Counted from the first letter of the stretch, positions 1 through 9,984 are shown. The stretch: DNA of 64,000 nt from an uncultured bacterium (GCA_963727525.1 CAVSGO010000007.1:1184001-1248000); one strand, 5' to 3'. Numbers and translations: made by a program. Notes: generated by a model not told the origin, from the letters alone.

Positions 1-1561
1 CGTCGAGGATGGCCACGAGCGAGACCTCGGGCAGATCGAGGCCTTCGCGCAACAGGTTCACGCCCACGAGGACCTCGCTCTCGCCCAGGCGGAGGTTGCG
101 CAGGATCTCGATGCGATCGAGGGCCGAGATATCCGAGTGCAGGTAACTCACCTTGAGCCCCGCCGCCTGGAGGTACTCCGTGAGGTCTTCCGACATCTTC
201 TTGGTGAGGGTAGTCACCAGCACGCGCTCGCTGCGGGCGGTGACGGTGCGGCAGCGATCGATGAGATCGTCCACCTGCGTCGCCACCGGTGACAGGATGA
301 TCGGCGGATCCACGAGACCGGTGGGCCGGATCACCTGCTCCACGATCACCCCCTCGCTCTTGCGTAGCTCGTAGTCGCCGGGCGTGGCCGACACGAAGAC
401 CGTGGTGGGCATCAGATCCTCGAATTCCTCGAAGAGCAGCGGTCGGTTGTCCAGGGCGCTCGGCAGGCGGAAGCCATGTTCCACGAGGGAGAGCTTGCGC
501 GAGCGGTCGCCGTTGTACATGGCGCCGATCTGCGGCACCGTGGCGTGCGACTCGTCGATGATCAGCAGAAACTCGCGCGGGAAGTAGTCGATCAGGCAGG
601 CCGGGCGCTCGCCCGGCTGGCGGTTGTCGAAGTAGCGCGAGTAGTTCTCCACCCCTGGGCAATGGCCGATCTGCAGGATCATCTCCATGTCGTAGCGCGT
701 GCGCGAGGCCAGACGTTGCGCTTCGAGCACCTTGCCGGCGGCGTCCAGCTCGTCTAGGCGGCGCTCGAGATCGCGGCCGATCGCATCCACCACGGCCTGG
801 CTCTGCGAGCGGTCGATGATGAACTGGCTCGCCGGAAAGATGGCCGCGCGATCGACCGTCTCGAGGGTGCGGCCGGTGAGCGGTTCGATCCAGGCCAGAC
901 GTTCGATCTCGTCGTCGAAGAACTCGATGCGCAGCGTGCGCTCCTCGTGAGCGGCACGCACCTCCACCACGTCGCCACGCACACGGAAGGTGCCGTAGGT
1001 GGGATTGACGTCGTTGCGCTGGTAGGTCGCGTCGATGAGTTGCGCAAGCAGGTCATCGCGGTCGCAACGTTCCCCACGGGCCACCGCGATGATACCCTCC
1101 TTGAACGTACGCGGATTGCCGAGGCCGTAGATCGCGGACACGCTGCACACGGCGATCACGTCGCGGCGCGCCAGCAGGCTGCTCGTGGTACGCAGGCGCA
1201 GGCGCTCGATCTCGTCGTTGATGCTGGCGTCCTTCTCGATGTACGTGTTGGTGGACGGGATGAACGCTTCCGGCTGGTAATAATCGTAATAACTGATGAA
1301 GAACTCGACCGCGTTGTGCGGAAAGAATGCCTTCAGCTCTCCATAGAGCTGCGCGGCGAGCGTCTTGTTGTGGCTGAATACGAGCGTGGGCCGCTCGTAC
1401 TGCGCGATGACGTTGGCGATGGTGAACGTCTTGCCCGAGCCGGTGACGCCGAGCAGCGTCTGGAAGCGCGAGCCGCACCGGGCCTCGGACACGAGCGTGG
1501 CGATGGCGTCCGGCTGGTCGCCGGTGGGCTTGAACGGCGCATGCAGTTCGAAGAGGCTCAC
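1..1561 (-). CDS. uvrB: Excinuclease ABC subunit B (partial, runs off the left edge)
   Basis: Minus-strand frame from GTG at 1561: MSLFELHAPFKPTGDQPDAI...QTLLGVTGSGKTFT...HNKTLAAQLY...FISYYDYYQPEA...GFRLPSALDNRPL. Absent from the ORF track because there is no stop in the window. Confidence 0.97.
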   Translation of the reverse strand, partial: MSLFELHAPFKPTGDQPDAIATLVSEARCGSRFQTLLGVTGSGKTFTIANVIAQYERPTLVFSHNKTLAAQLYGELKAFFPHNAVEFFISYYDYYQPEAFIPSTNTYIEKDASINDEIERLRLRTTSSLLARRDVIAVCSVSAIYGLGNPRTFKEGIIAVARGERCDRDDLLAQLIDATYQRNDVNPTYGTFRVRGDVVEVRAAHEERTLRIEFFDDEIERLAWIEPLTGRTLETVDRAAIFPASQFIIDRSQSQAVVDAIGRDLERRLDELDAAGKVLEAQRLASRTRYDMEMILQIGHCPGVENYSRYFDNRQPGERPACLIDYFPREFLLIIDESHATVPQIGAMYNGDRSRKLSLVEHGFRLPSALDNRPLLFEEFEDLMPTTVFVSATPGDYELRKSEGVIVEQVIRPTGLVDPPIILSPVATQVDDLIDRCRTVTARSERVLVTTLTKKMSEDLTEYLQAAGLKVSYLHSDISALDRIEILRNLRLGESEVLVGVNLLREGLDLPEVSLVAILD

Positions 1562-1565
1562 GGGG

Positions 1566-2462
1566 TCATGGTCCGCCGGCGCCGAGGGCGTCGCGGTCGA
1601 GGCTTACCGGACGTCCCGCACGCCAGCCGTCGGTGTCGATGAGCTGGCCGTTCAGTGTCACCTCCACGCCCGCGAGGTCGTCGAGCGTGATCGTGAGATG
1701 ATCCGCAGCGCCCCAGTACGCCACCGTGCCGTTGGCGGTAAGGTACACGCGGCCCGCCGCCGGTCCCGTCACCGGCAGGGGCGGCGGTGGGTCGGCCCAG
1801 ATCAGCGGGCGCGACTCCTGGCCGTCGGCGCGCACCGCGCAGTTCTGCGTATGCGGGAAGGTTACGCGCAGAATGAGCGGCCAGCGCTTGCCATCCTGAA
1901 GACCCATGCCCGCGCGGCCCGCCATGGCGTGCGGAAGGACCCGCACGCTGTCGGGCGGCGCTGCGACGCTGTCCGGCACGGTCGCTGTCGTCTCCGCCGG
2001 CGTGACGGTCTCGACCATCGGGAGCGCCGGCTCCGCCGGCGGCGCGGGTTTGTGCGTCACGAGGCGCCACACGCCGAGCACCACCACGCCCACCACCGCG
2101 AGAACGATCCCGACGCGCCAGAGCAAGGGACCGTATTGCACACCGACGCGACGCACCTCGACGGATTCCTCGGTCCATACGTCGGCCATCTCCGCGACCG
2201 GCGCCACATGCGGTCCAGCAGCCTGGTCATAGACGTCGACCACCTGCTCGGGATCGAGGCCCACGCTCGCCGCGTAGTGGCGCAGGAAGCTCTTGACGTA
2301 CAACGGCCCCGAGAGCTTCTGATACTCGTCGCGCTCGAGGGCCTCCAGCATGCGCAACGGGATCTTCGTGCGCTCGTGCACCTGCTCCAGGCTGAGTGCC
2401 CGGGCTTGCCGGGCCTCGCGCAGCATCTCGCCCGGGGTGCGTGGGGGCATGGCCTCAGACAT
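1566..2462 (-). CDS. rodZ: RodZ-like protein (HTH, one TM, periplasmic domain)
   Basis: GEMLREARQARALSLEQV...TKI...LEALE...YVKSFLRHYA..VGLD, then a single hydrophobic segment; RBS GAGGAG. Confidence 0.75.
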   Translation of the reverse strand: MSEAMPPRTPGEMLREARQARALSLEQVHERTKIPLRMLEALERDEYQKLSGPLYVKSFLRHYAASVGLDPEQVVDVYDQAAGPHVAPVAEMADVWTEESVEVRRVGVQYGPLLWRVGIVLAVVGVVVLGVWRLVTHKPAPPAEPALPMVETVTPAETTATVPDSVAAPPDSVRVLPHAMAGRAGMGLQDGKRWPLILRVTFPHTQNCAVRADGQESRPLIWADPPPPLPVTGPAAGRVYLTANGTVAYWGAADHLTITLDDLAGVEVTLNGQLIDTDGWRAGRPVSLDRDALGAGGP

Positions 2463-2471
2463 GGATGCTCC

Positions 2472-5243
2472 TCATCCGGATGTCGCCAATCCGTCCAGGC
2501 GCGCCCTCAGTCTGACGGCGGTGGCCTCGTTCTCGGCCAGGAGTTGCCGCTGCTGCTCCACCACATCGGCGGGCGCGTTGGCGACGAACTTCTCGTTGGC
2601 CAGCTTGGCGTGGCAGCCACGGATCCAGCCGTCGACCTTCGCCAGCTCCCTGGCCAGTCTTTCGCGTTCCTTCGCAAGGTCCACGAGGCCGGCCATCGGC
2701 AGAAAGACCTCGATCTCGCCCACCACGCCGACACCGGCGGGCTTCGGGTCTGGTCCGCCGTGCACCACGTAAACGCGCTCCAGCTTCGTGAGCAGGGCCA
2801 CGCGCTCGGCCACCGCTTCGCGCAGTGGCTCCACTTCGGCGGCCGTCGGCACGCGCAGCACGGCCGTGCCGCGCTTGCCCGGAGCCACGCCCAGCTCGCT
2901 GCGCAGGTTGCGCAACACGCCGGTGATCTCCATGACCCGGGCGAAATCGGCCTGGGCGGCCGCGAAGGGCGCCATCGTCGTGCACACGGGGTAGGGCGAG
3001 GTCATCACGTAGCCATGAGCCGGCGGCAACCAGCTCCACAGCTCCTCCGTGATGAAGGGCATCACCGGGTGCAGCAGCTTGTAGCTGATGGCGAGATCGA
3101 GGACCGCCACCAGCAGCACGGGACGTGCGCGCTCGGGATCGCGCAGGCGAGGCTTGATGGCTTCGAGATACCAGTCGCACAGCTCGTGCCGGAAGAAGTT
3201 GAAGGCCGCGTAGGCGCCGTCGTTGAGGCGCCGCTTCGCGTAGCAGTCGTTGCAGTCGGCCGCGGTCTGGCAGAGTCGCCCGAGGATCCAGCGGTCCTCC
3301 AGCTCGAGGTCGGCGTCCGCCACGGATATCGGCAACTCACCGCCGAAGGTGTCACGCCACACCGCCGCCAGGGTCGCTGCCGGCGCTTGCTCCCAGTCGC
3401 GACCGGCGCCCAGCTCGAGATGCCCCGCCGTGGGCGCCGACGCGGGATCGGCGGCTGGCAGACCCGCCGCATCCCAGGCGCCGAGCACCAGCTTGGTGGC
3501 CTGGAAGATCTTGTTGCAGAAGTTGCGCCCCACCTCCAGCGACGACTCGCTGAAGAAGATGTCTGCGCCCGTGGGCGTGAGCATGACGAGGGAACAGCGC
3601 AACGCGTCGGCGCCATAGTTGTCGATGAGGTCGATGGGGTCCGGGCTGTTGCCCAGCGACTTGCTCATCTTGCGCCCCTGCTCATCGCGCACGATGCCGT
3701 GGAATAGCACCTCGCCGAAGGGCGGTTCGCCGAGGAACTCGTAGCTCGCCATGATCATGCGCGCGACCCAGAAGAAGATGATGTCGGCCGCCGTCACCAG
3801 CAGTGACGTGGGATGGAAACGCGCGAGATCGTCGGTCTGCTGCGGCCACCCGAGCGGCGAGAACGTCCACAGCCAGCTCGAGAACCAGGTGTCCAGCACG
3901 TCGGGGTCCTGCTCCAGCGCCTGGCCACCGCAGGCCGGGCATCGCGTGGGTGGCTCCATGGCGGCGATCTCCTCGCCGCAGTCGCAGTACCACACGGGGA
4001 TGCGATGCCCCCACCAGAGCTGGCGCGAGATGCACCAGTCACGGATGTTGCGCATCCAGTTGTGGTACACCCCTACCCAGCGCTCCGGCTGCAACACGAC
4101 GGTGCCGTCCTCCACCGCCTTCACCGCGGGACCGGCGAGCTTCTCCATGCGCAGGAACCACTGGCGCGACAGATACGGTTCGATGACGGTGCCGCAGCGA
4201 TCGTGATGCCCCACCTGGTGCACGTGCGGCGCGACCTTGTCGAGCAGTCCCTGCTCCTCGAGGGCGGCCACCGTCGCCTTGCGGCAGGCGTAGCGATCGA
4301 GCCCGGCAAAGCGGCCGGCGGCGTCGTTCATGACACCGTGCTCGTCCATGCACACGACCTGCGGCAGTTCGTGCCGCTTGCCCACGAGAAAGTCGTTCGG
4401 ATCGTGGGCCGGCGTGATCTTCACCGTGCCGGTGCCCTTCTCCGGGTCGGCATGCGGGTCGCCGATGATCGGGATCTCCCGATCGGTGAGCGGCAGGCGC
4501 ACGCGCTTGCCGATGAGCGCGTTGCGCTGCGGATCGGTAGGGTTCACGGCCACGGCCGTGTCGCCGAACATGGTCTCCGGCCGTGTGGTCGCCACGGTGA
4601 TGTGCCCGTCACCGTCGGCCAGAGGGTACCGGATGTGCCACATGTGGCCGTTCACCTCGCGGTATTCCACCTCGTCATCGCTGATCGCGGTGAGGCAGTG
4701 GGGGCACCAGTTGACGAGGTAGACGTCGCGGTAGATCAGCCCCTTGGCCTTGAGATCGACGAAGGCGCGGGTGACGGCCCGATTGCGCGCCGCGTCCATC
4801 GTGAATGCCTCGCGCGGCCAGTCGAGGGAGCAGCCCAGGCGCCGCAGCTGCTGGGTGATGCGCCCGTGCGTCTTCTCCTTCCAGATCCAGGCCCGCTCCA
4901 GGAAGGCCTCACGGCCAGCGGCGCGCTTGTCGAGGCCTTCCTCGCGCATCAGGCGGGAGACGACCTGTTCGGTCGCGATGCTCGCGTGGTCGGTCCCGGG
5001 TACCCACAAGGTCTCGCGGCCGAGCATGCGGTTCCAGCGGATCAGCGTGTCCTGGATCGAGTTGCCGAGGCAGTGCCCCATGTGCAGGATACCGGTCACG
5101 TTGGGCGGCGGAAGGGTAATGACGAAGCGCTGGCCATCGGCGGCCGGGAGCGGCGCGAAGAGCCCCTCGCCCTCCCAGCGGGCATACCAAGCCTTCTCGA
5201 TACCCTGGGGCGCGTACTGGGCCTTCTGCCGGATGTCGGTCAC
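2472..5243 (-). CDS. valS: Valine--tRNA ligase
   Basis: PPPNVTGILHMGH, DWCISRQLWWGH, KMSKS, C-terminal coiled coil; GTG start at 5243 after GAGGGAG. Confidence 0.98.
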   Translation of the reverse strand: MTDIRQKAQYAPQGIEKAWYARWEGEGLFAPLPAADGQRFVITLPPPNVTGILHMGHCLGNSIQDTLIRWNRMLGRETLWVPGTDHASIATEQVVSRLMREEGLDKRAAGREAFLERAWIWKEKTHGRITQQLRRLGCSLDWPREAFTMDAARNRAVTRAFVDLKAKGLIYRDVYLVNWCPHCLTAISDDEVEYREVNGHMWHIRYPLADGDGHITVATTRPETMFGDTAVAVNPTDPQRNALIGKRVRLPLTDREIPIIGDPHADPEKGTGTVKITPAHDPNDFLVGKRHELPQVVCMDEHGVMNDAAGRFAGLDRYACRKATVAALEEQGLLDKVAPHVHQVGHHDRCGTVIEPYLSRQWFLRMEKLAGPAVKAVEDGTVVLQPERWVGVYHNWMRNIRDWCISRQLWWGHRIPVWYCDCGEEIAAMEPPTRCPACGGQALEQDPDVLDTWFSSWLWTFSPLGWPQQTDDLARFHPTSLLVTAADIIFFWVARMIMASYEFLGEPPFGEVLFHGIVRDEQGRKMSKSLGNSPDPIDLIDNYGADALRCSLVMLTPTGADIFFSESSLEVGRNFCNKIFQATKLVLGAWDAAGLPAADPASAPTAGHLELGAGRDWEQAPAATLAAVWRDTFGGELPISVADADLELEDRWILGRLCQTAADCNDCYAKRRLNDGAYAAFNFFRHELCDWYLEAIKPRLRDPERARPVLLVAVLDLAISYKLLHPVMPFITEELWSWLPPAHGYVMTSPYPVCTTMAPFAAAQADFARVMEITGVLRNLRSELGVAPGKRGTAVLRVPTAAEVEPLREAVAERVALLTKLERVYVVHGGPDPKPAGVGVVGEIEVFLPMAGLVDLAKERERLARELAKVDGWIRGCHAKLANEKFVANAPADVVEQQRQLLAENEATAVRLRARLDGLATSG

Positions 5244-5302
5244 GTTGATCTCCCTCACGAAGTCATCGAACGCCGGAGTTGCCAACCGCTTGGCTGGGCA
5301 GC

Positions 5303-5331
5303 AATGTAACACCGGTTGCGCGGAAGCTCAA
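5303..5331 (-). promoter_or_regulatory. sigma70 promoter of valS-rodZ-uvrB
   Basis: TTGAGC-N17-TACATT with TGn extension. Confidence 0.6.
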
Positions 5332-5483
5332 CACGAGCCCCGAAGCCGCTAGCTGTAAATTTCTGTGGCCTTTACCGCCACTTTGGTCGATCCTGAATGG
5401 GATCGGTCTACCCCGTCGCGACCGGGCGTTGGGCCGTTGTGTGCGCGGGGGGCGTTCCGTTGCGGAGGGATGAAGTGGATTCG

Positions 5484-6656
5484 ATGTCTTTCGAGATAAC
5501 TCACTGGGATCGCCTCTGTTGGGCCCGCCTTGGCTTTCTGGTCCTCGGCGGTGTTCTGCTTGCCGCTGGACCCGCGATCGCCAGCACCATCGCCGTTCCG
5601 GGCGGAGCCCCGACGATCGGCGCCGCGCTGGCGCAAGCCAGTTCCGGCGACATCATCCTCGTCGCCTGCGGCACCTACTACGAGCACGACCTGCGCGTCC
5701 CCTCCGGCGTGTCGCTGTGGAGCGGCACCTTGCAGTCCGCCTGTGCCACGATCGACGCCGGCGGCCGTGGCCGCGTGCTCGTGTGCGAGGCGGCCGATTC
5801 CACCACGGCCGTCGTCGGATTCACGCTCACCGGAGGCCGCGCGGAGGGACCGGGCGGCGCCGTGATATGCCGCAACGCCGCGGTGAAGCTCGCCAACTGC
5901 ACCTTGAGTGCCAACACGGCGACCGAGGGCGGCGCCCTCGCCGTGGTGGGCGCGGTGGGACCGACCGTGGAGAGCTGTCTTTTCGAGAACAACCAGGCCA
6001 GCAACGATGGCGGTGCCGTGTCCTGGCGCGCCGCTGGGCGTGGTGGCTTGCGCAATTGTGAACTGCGGGGCAACGCGGCCCTGCGCGGCGGTGCCATATT
6101 CGGCGACGGGTGCGGTGGGTTGCGGCTCGTGAACGTCACCTGCGTCGGCAACGAGGCCGGCAACGCGGGCGGCGCCGCGTATATCAGCAATGCGGCCGGG
6201 AGCCTCGAGGACTGCGTCCTCGCCGGCAACTGGGGCGGCATCGGCGGTGGCGCCCTGGTCCTGGCAGCGTCGTCCACCCGCGTCGTCGGGTGCACGCTGG
6301 GCGGCAACGAAGCCGAGCCCGACGGCGGGGTCCTGCTCAGCCTGAAAGCCGCGGCCACGCTGGATCACTGCCTCGTGGCCTACAACTCGACGGCCTCCAT
6401 CGCGGGCCAGGGTCCGCCTTGGCCGAGCCTCCTGGGTTGCGATCTCTTCGGCAACCGGGGCGGCGACTGGGCCGGCCCACTCGCCAGCATGCAGAACCAG
6501 GCGGGCAACTTTTCTCTCGATCCCCGCTTCTGCGGACAGAGCGAGGGCGACTACAGCCTCCAGGAATCGTCGCCGTGTCTGCCCGGTCGCGCGCCGCATC
6601 ATGCGGATCGGCCCGTCGGCGCACGGTCCGTGGGCTGCGCCGACGGCGGGCGGTGA
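5484..6656 (+). CDS. Secreted right-handed parallel beta-helix repeat protein
   Basis: Signal peptide, TI..AL..A..GD.I.V..GTY, repeated C..N.A..GGA units, C-terminal DPRFC..GDYSL...SPC; RBS GGAGG before ATG 5484. Confidence 0.8.
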   Translation: MSFEITHWDRLCWARLGFLVLGGVLLAAGPAIASTIAVPGGAPTIGAALAQASSGDIILVACGTYYEHDLRVPSGVSLWSGTLQSACATIDAGGRGRVLVCEAADSTTAVVGFTLTGGRAEGPGGAVICRNAAVKLANCTLSANTATEGGALAVVGAVGPTVESCLFENNQASNDGGAVSWRAAGRGGLRNCELRGNAALRGGAIFGDGCGGLRLVNVTCVGNEAGNAGGAAYISNAAGSLEDCVLAGNWGGIGGGALVLAASSTRVVGCTLGGNEAEPDGGVLLSLKAAATLDHCLVAYNSTASIAGQGPPWPSLLGCDLFGNRGGDWAGPLASMQNQAGNFSLDPRFCGQSEGDYSLQESSPCLPGRAPHHADRPVGARSVGCADGGR

Positions 6657-6688
6657 CCCACCGACCCGGCCAACCGGGGAGGGACGTC

Positions 6689-9172
6689 GTGCATCAGGAG
6701 TCGGTCCTTGCGCGGGCCATGCGACGGTTCAGTGTCATGGTGCTGGCGCCACTGCTGTGTCTGCTGTCCATCCCCACTGCGGTGAGCACCATCCAGAAGC
6801 CTGACCTCGGTCTGCGCATCCACAACCTCGAGGTCGCTGTCGTGGTACCGGGCGGTCCGGCCGATCGTGCCGGCGTGCGCGTGGGCGACCACGTCCGTGC
6901 CCTCGACGGTCACGTGCTGGCGTTCACGACCGAGTTCTACGCCGTCCAGGCCGCCACCTACAGCCTGCAGCCGCGCATCCTCACGGTCGAACGCGGCGGC
7001 GTGGTGCGCGACGTGGCACTCGTGCCGCGCCGCGTGTCGCAGCCGCGTCTGGTCTGGGGCCTGAGCATGTGGCTCGCTGGACTTGCGTTCCTGATGATCG
7101 GCTGGTGGGTGCTCACCCGCCGGCACGACGCCGTCGGGCGCAACTTCTTCGGCCTCTGCCTGGTCTTCGCGTTCTTCCTGCTCGACGTCCCGGATCTGCC
7201 CAACGCCACGTACATGACGGTGAAGGATTTCGTGCGCGAGGTCATGCAACTCCTGCTCCCCCTGTTCTTCCTGCGCTTCTTCCGGCTCTTCCCCACCACG
7301 CTGCCCGGTGCCCCCGCGCCGCGCAAGCCGCGGATCCTCATGTTGCCGCCGCTCGTCCTCTTCCTGCTCACCGTGGCGATGTACCTGACCCACCAGCGCG
7401 AAACCTCGCCGGCTGTGCGCGTGCTGACAGGCATCACGCTGCTCTATTTCGTCGTCTATTTCGTGGCAGGCCTCGTCGCGTTCGCGCGCAAGGTGTGGCG
7501 ACGCGACCGGCCCGTGCTGCACTCGAAGCTGCGCGTGATCTTGCTGGGTCTCGTCTGCGGCCTCGTGCCGTTCCTGACGGCTCACCTCATGGCCGGCCTG
7601 CCGGAGCCGCCGATCCCCCACACGGAGTACCTCGGTTTCTCCCTGCTGCTCGTGCCGGCCAGCTTCGCCCTCGCCATCATGCGCTACGGCGCGCTCGACA
7701 CGGCCTTCGTCGTACGCATAGGCCTGGTCTACGGCCTCGTGACGCTGGCGATCGTGGCGGCATACGTCGTCGCGGTGGCTGGACTCGGGCACCTCATCAC
7801 ACAGACATACGGGCTCGACGAGTTGCCGGTCATGGTGCTCGCCATCGCCGGTTGCAGCCTCGCGGTGCTGCCGCTGCGTCGGGCCATCCAGCGCTGGGTG
7901 GATTCGATGTTCTACCCGGCGCGCCGCGCCGATCGGGAAGCTCTCGCCCGACTCGCGCGAGAGCTGTCCGACCAGATGGATCAAACGGCGGCCCACGAAC
8001 TGCTGCTCGCCCGCCTGCACGCACTCTACCGGCCCGGGCACGTCGCCCTCATGCTGGCCGAGAACGATTTCCCGGCGCCGCTGCGCTGCGTGCACGCCCT
8101 CGCTGGCGGCAAGGTGCGGCCGGTCGACTGCGCGCTCGCCCCGGATGGCGCGTTGCCCGGCTTCCTCAACCGCATCCGGCGACCTGTGTACCGGGAGGAG
8201 TACGAGGATGCGCTGCCCGCGCATTCGCACGACGACGAGACCCGCACCGTACTCGACGACCTTGGCGCCGTGCTGCTTGTCCCTCTCGTGACGGGCAACG
8301 CCCTGCAGGGCATGATCGTGCTCGGGGCCAAGCGCAGCGGCGATCTCTACAGCCAGACCGATCTCACCAACCTCGGCCCCCTTGCCCTGCAGGCCGCGCC
8401 CGCGCTGCGCAGCTTGCGGCTGTATCGCGAGAGCCTGCGCCAGCGCCAGCTCGAGACCGAGCTGGGCGTGGCCCGCGAGATCCAGTCCCAGCTCCTGCCG
8501 ACGGCCCCGCTCGACACGGCGCGATTCAGCATCGCCGGCCACATGGAACCGTGCACGGAGATCGGTGGCGACTACTTCGACTACTTCCTCCTGGACGACG
8601 GCACGCTGGGCCTGGCGATCGCCGATGTCGCCGGCAAGGGCATTCCGGCCTCGCTCCTCATGACGACGGTGCGCGTGACGTTCCGCGCCGAAGCCCTGCC
8701 CGGCCGCGCGCCCGACGCGGTGGTGGGGGCCCTGAACCGCAGCCTGTCGCAGCTACTGGCCAGTGACCAATTCGTGAGCTTCTTCTACGGCATCTTCGAC
8801 CCGGAGACCCGGCAGATCACGTACAGCAACGCGGGCATGGATCCGCCACTGCTCCTGCGTGCCGACGGGAGCCGGGAGGTCCTGCGCAAGGGCGGGCCCG
8901 TGCTTGGCGTGGCGCCCGACCACACCTACCGTCGAGGGACGGTCCGTCTGGAGCCCGGCGACCTGCTGCTCGCCTACACCGACGGCATCACCGAGCAGAC
9001 GGCCCCCGACGGCGAATTCTTCGACCTGCCCCGCCTCGAGGCCCTCGCCAACCAGGCCCGGAACCTGTCGCCGCGAGATCTCTGTGTCAGGATTTTTGGC
9101 GCTGTCGCCGCGTTCGGCGGGCCGGAGGCCTCCGACGATGAGACCGCCATGGTCTTGAAATTCCACGGATAA
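6689..9172 (+). CDS. Membrane sensor PP2C/SpoIIE (RsbU-like) phosphatase with PDZ and GAF-like domains
   Basis: PDZ-like VVPGGPADRAGVRVGD, multiple TMs, AREIQSQLLP, GGDYFD, IADVAGKG, NAG, YTDG, DDET; start uncertain (6653/6689/6719). Confidence 0.88.
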   Translation: MHQESVLARAMRRFSVMVLAPLLCLLSIPTAVSTIQKPDLGLRIHNLEVAVVVPGGPADRAGVRVGDHVRALDGHVLAFTTEFYAVQAATYSLQPRILTVERGGVVRDVALVPRRVSQPRLVWGLSMWLAGLAFLMIGWWVLTRRHDAVGRNFFGLCLVFAFFLLDVPDLPNATYMTVKDFVREVMQLLLPLFFLRFFRLFPTTLPGAPAPRKPRILMLPPLVLFLLTVAMYLTHQRETSPAVRVLTGITLLYFVVYFVAGLVAFARKVWRRDRPVLHSKLRVILLGLVCGLVPFLTAHLMAGLPEPPIPHTEYLGFSLLLVPASFALAIMRYGALDTAFVVRIGLVYGLVTLAIVAAYVVAVAGLGHLITQTYGLDELPVMVLAIAGCSLAVLPLRRAIQRWVDSMFYPARRADREALARLARELSDQMDQTAAHELLLARLHALYRPGHVALMLAENDFPAPLRCVHALAGGKVRPVDCALAPDGALPGFLNRIRRPVYREEYEDALPAHSHDDETRTVLDDLGAVLLVPLVTGNALQGMIVLGAKRSGDLYSQTDLTNLGPLALQAAPALRSLRLYRESLRQRQLETELGVAREIQSQLLPTAPLDTARFSIAGHMEPCTEIGGDYFDYFLLDDGTLGLAIADVAGKGIPASLLMTTVRVTFRAEALPGRAPDAVVGALNRSLSQLLASDQFVSFFYGIFDPETRQITYSNAGMDPPLLLRADGSREVLRKGGPVLGVAPDHTYRRGTVRLEPGDLLLAYTDGITEQTAPDGEFFDLPRLEALANQARNLSPRDLCVRIFGAVAAFGGPEASDDETAMVLKFHG

Positions 9173-9234
9173 GAACGGCTAAAGAAAAACCGGCCCCGGA
9201 CTTGCTTCAGAATTGTCGGCCGTTCAGTCCGGGA

Positions 9235-9261
9235 TCAAGTCCCGGCCCGGATTGCCGATGA
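9235..9261 (+). promoter_or_regulatory. sigma28 (FliA/WhiG)-type promoter
   Basis: TCAA-N15-GCCGATGA versus consensus TAAA-N15-GCCGATAA. Confidence 0.55.
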
Positions 9262-9311
9262 CATCGATACGTCCGAAACCGAGGACCCTAGCCCAGGAAA
9301 GGGGGAGAGAG

Positions 9312-9377
9312 ATGGACGGCGACACCATCGTGATCGTACTCATGCTCATCGATCTCTTCTGGTGGTTGAGACGATGA
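9312..9377 (+). CDS. 21-aa hydrophobic micropeptide MDGDTIVIVLMLIDLFWWLRR
   Basis: Strong purine-rich RBS (GGAAAGGGGGAGAGAG) directly before ATG, promoter-like motif upstream and hairpin downstream. Confidence 0.55.
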   Translation: MDGDTIVIVLMLIDLFWWLRR

Positions 9378-9392
9378 TCCCAGCAGCCTGCT

Positions 9393-9429
9393 AGTCCCTA
9401 GTCGGGCCTCGCTCGCCGGCTAGGGACTT
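9393..9429. terminator. Hairpin between the micropeptide and the convergent tlpA gene
   Basis: AGTCCCTAGTCGG...CCGGCTAGGGACT inverted repeat followed by a pyrimidine run. Confidence 0.65.
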
Positions 9430-9444
9430 CCTCTGTTCCGCCGC

Positions 9445-9984
9445 TCAGATTGCGAGCACCTGCTTCACTTCCTTCTCGTACGTCTCCTTCGCATTCAATC
9501 CCACCCACGCCTTCACGACCGTACCCTGCGGATCGATGAGATACGTGGTCGGAATGCTCTGGACGTTGCCATACGCGGCCGCCACCTCGGGTCCGCGCGG
9601 ATCGGCGAGCACCGTGAACGTGAGCCCCATCTTGTCGACGAAGGCCGGCACCACGGCGGCCGGATTCTGATCGAGGGACACGGCCAGGACGACGAGCTTA
9701 TCGGCGTACTCCTCGCTCAGATCCTGCAGATGCGGCATCGACGCCCGGCAGGGCGGACACCAGGTCGCCCAGAAGTCGACGATGACGGCCTTGCCGCGGT
9801 AGTCGCTCAGCGACACGGCCTTGCCCGCCACATCCTTGAGCGTGAAATCGGGCGCCAGCTTCCCGATGCCGAACCCGCCGGTGGCCGCCATCGCCTTGTC
9901 GGCGGTACCGGAGTCCTTCTCGCCGCCGCAGCCGGCGACGACGAGCAACGCGCAGAAGGCCAGCAGGGTGAACTTGCGGGTCAC
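9445..9984 (-). CDS. TlpA/ResA-family thiol-disulfide reductase lipoprotein
   Basis: Lipobox LVVAGC, APDFTLKD, DFWATWCPPC, SIPTTYLID; GTG 9984 after GGAAAGGA. Confidence 0.9.
   Translation of the reverse strand: MTRKFTLLAFCALLVVAGCGGEKDSGTADKAMAATGGFGIGKLAPDFTLKDVAGKAVSLSDYRGKAVIVDFWATWCPPCRASMPHLQDLSEEYADKLVVLAVSLDQNPAAVVPAFVDKMGLTFTVLADPRGPEVAAAYGNVQSIPTTYLIDPQGTVVKAWVGLNAKETYEKEVKQVLAI

Noticed and set aside
1365-3707. 780-aa plus-strand ORF and similar long ORFs (22823-24820, 47578-49227, 49089-51062, 57577-60378)
   Set aside because: Antisense shadows of well-supported genes; high GC suppresses stops and the translations carry no motifs
6110-6688. N-terminal extension of the 1020-aa ORF suggesting a frameshift or fusion with the beta-helix gene
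   Set aside because: Arg-rich off-frame read-through; both genes are complete with their own starts
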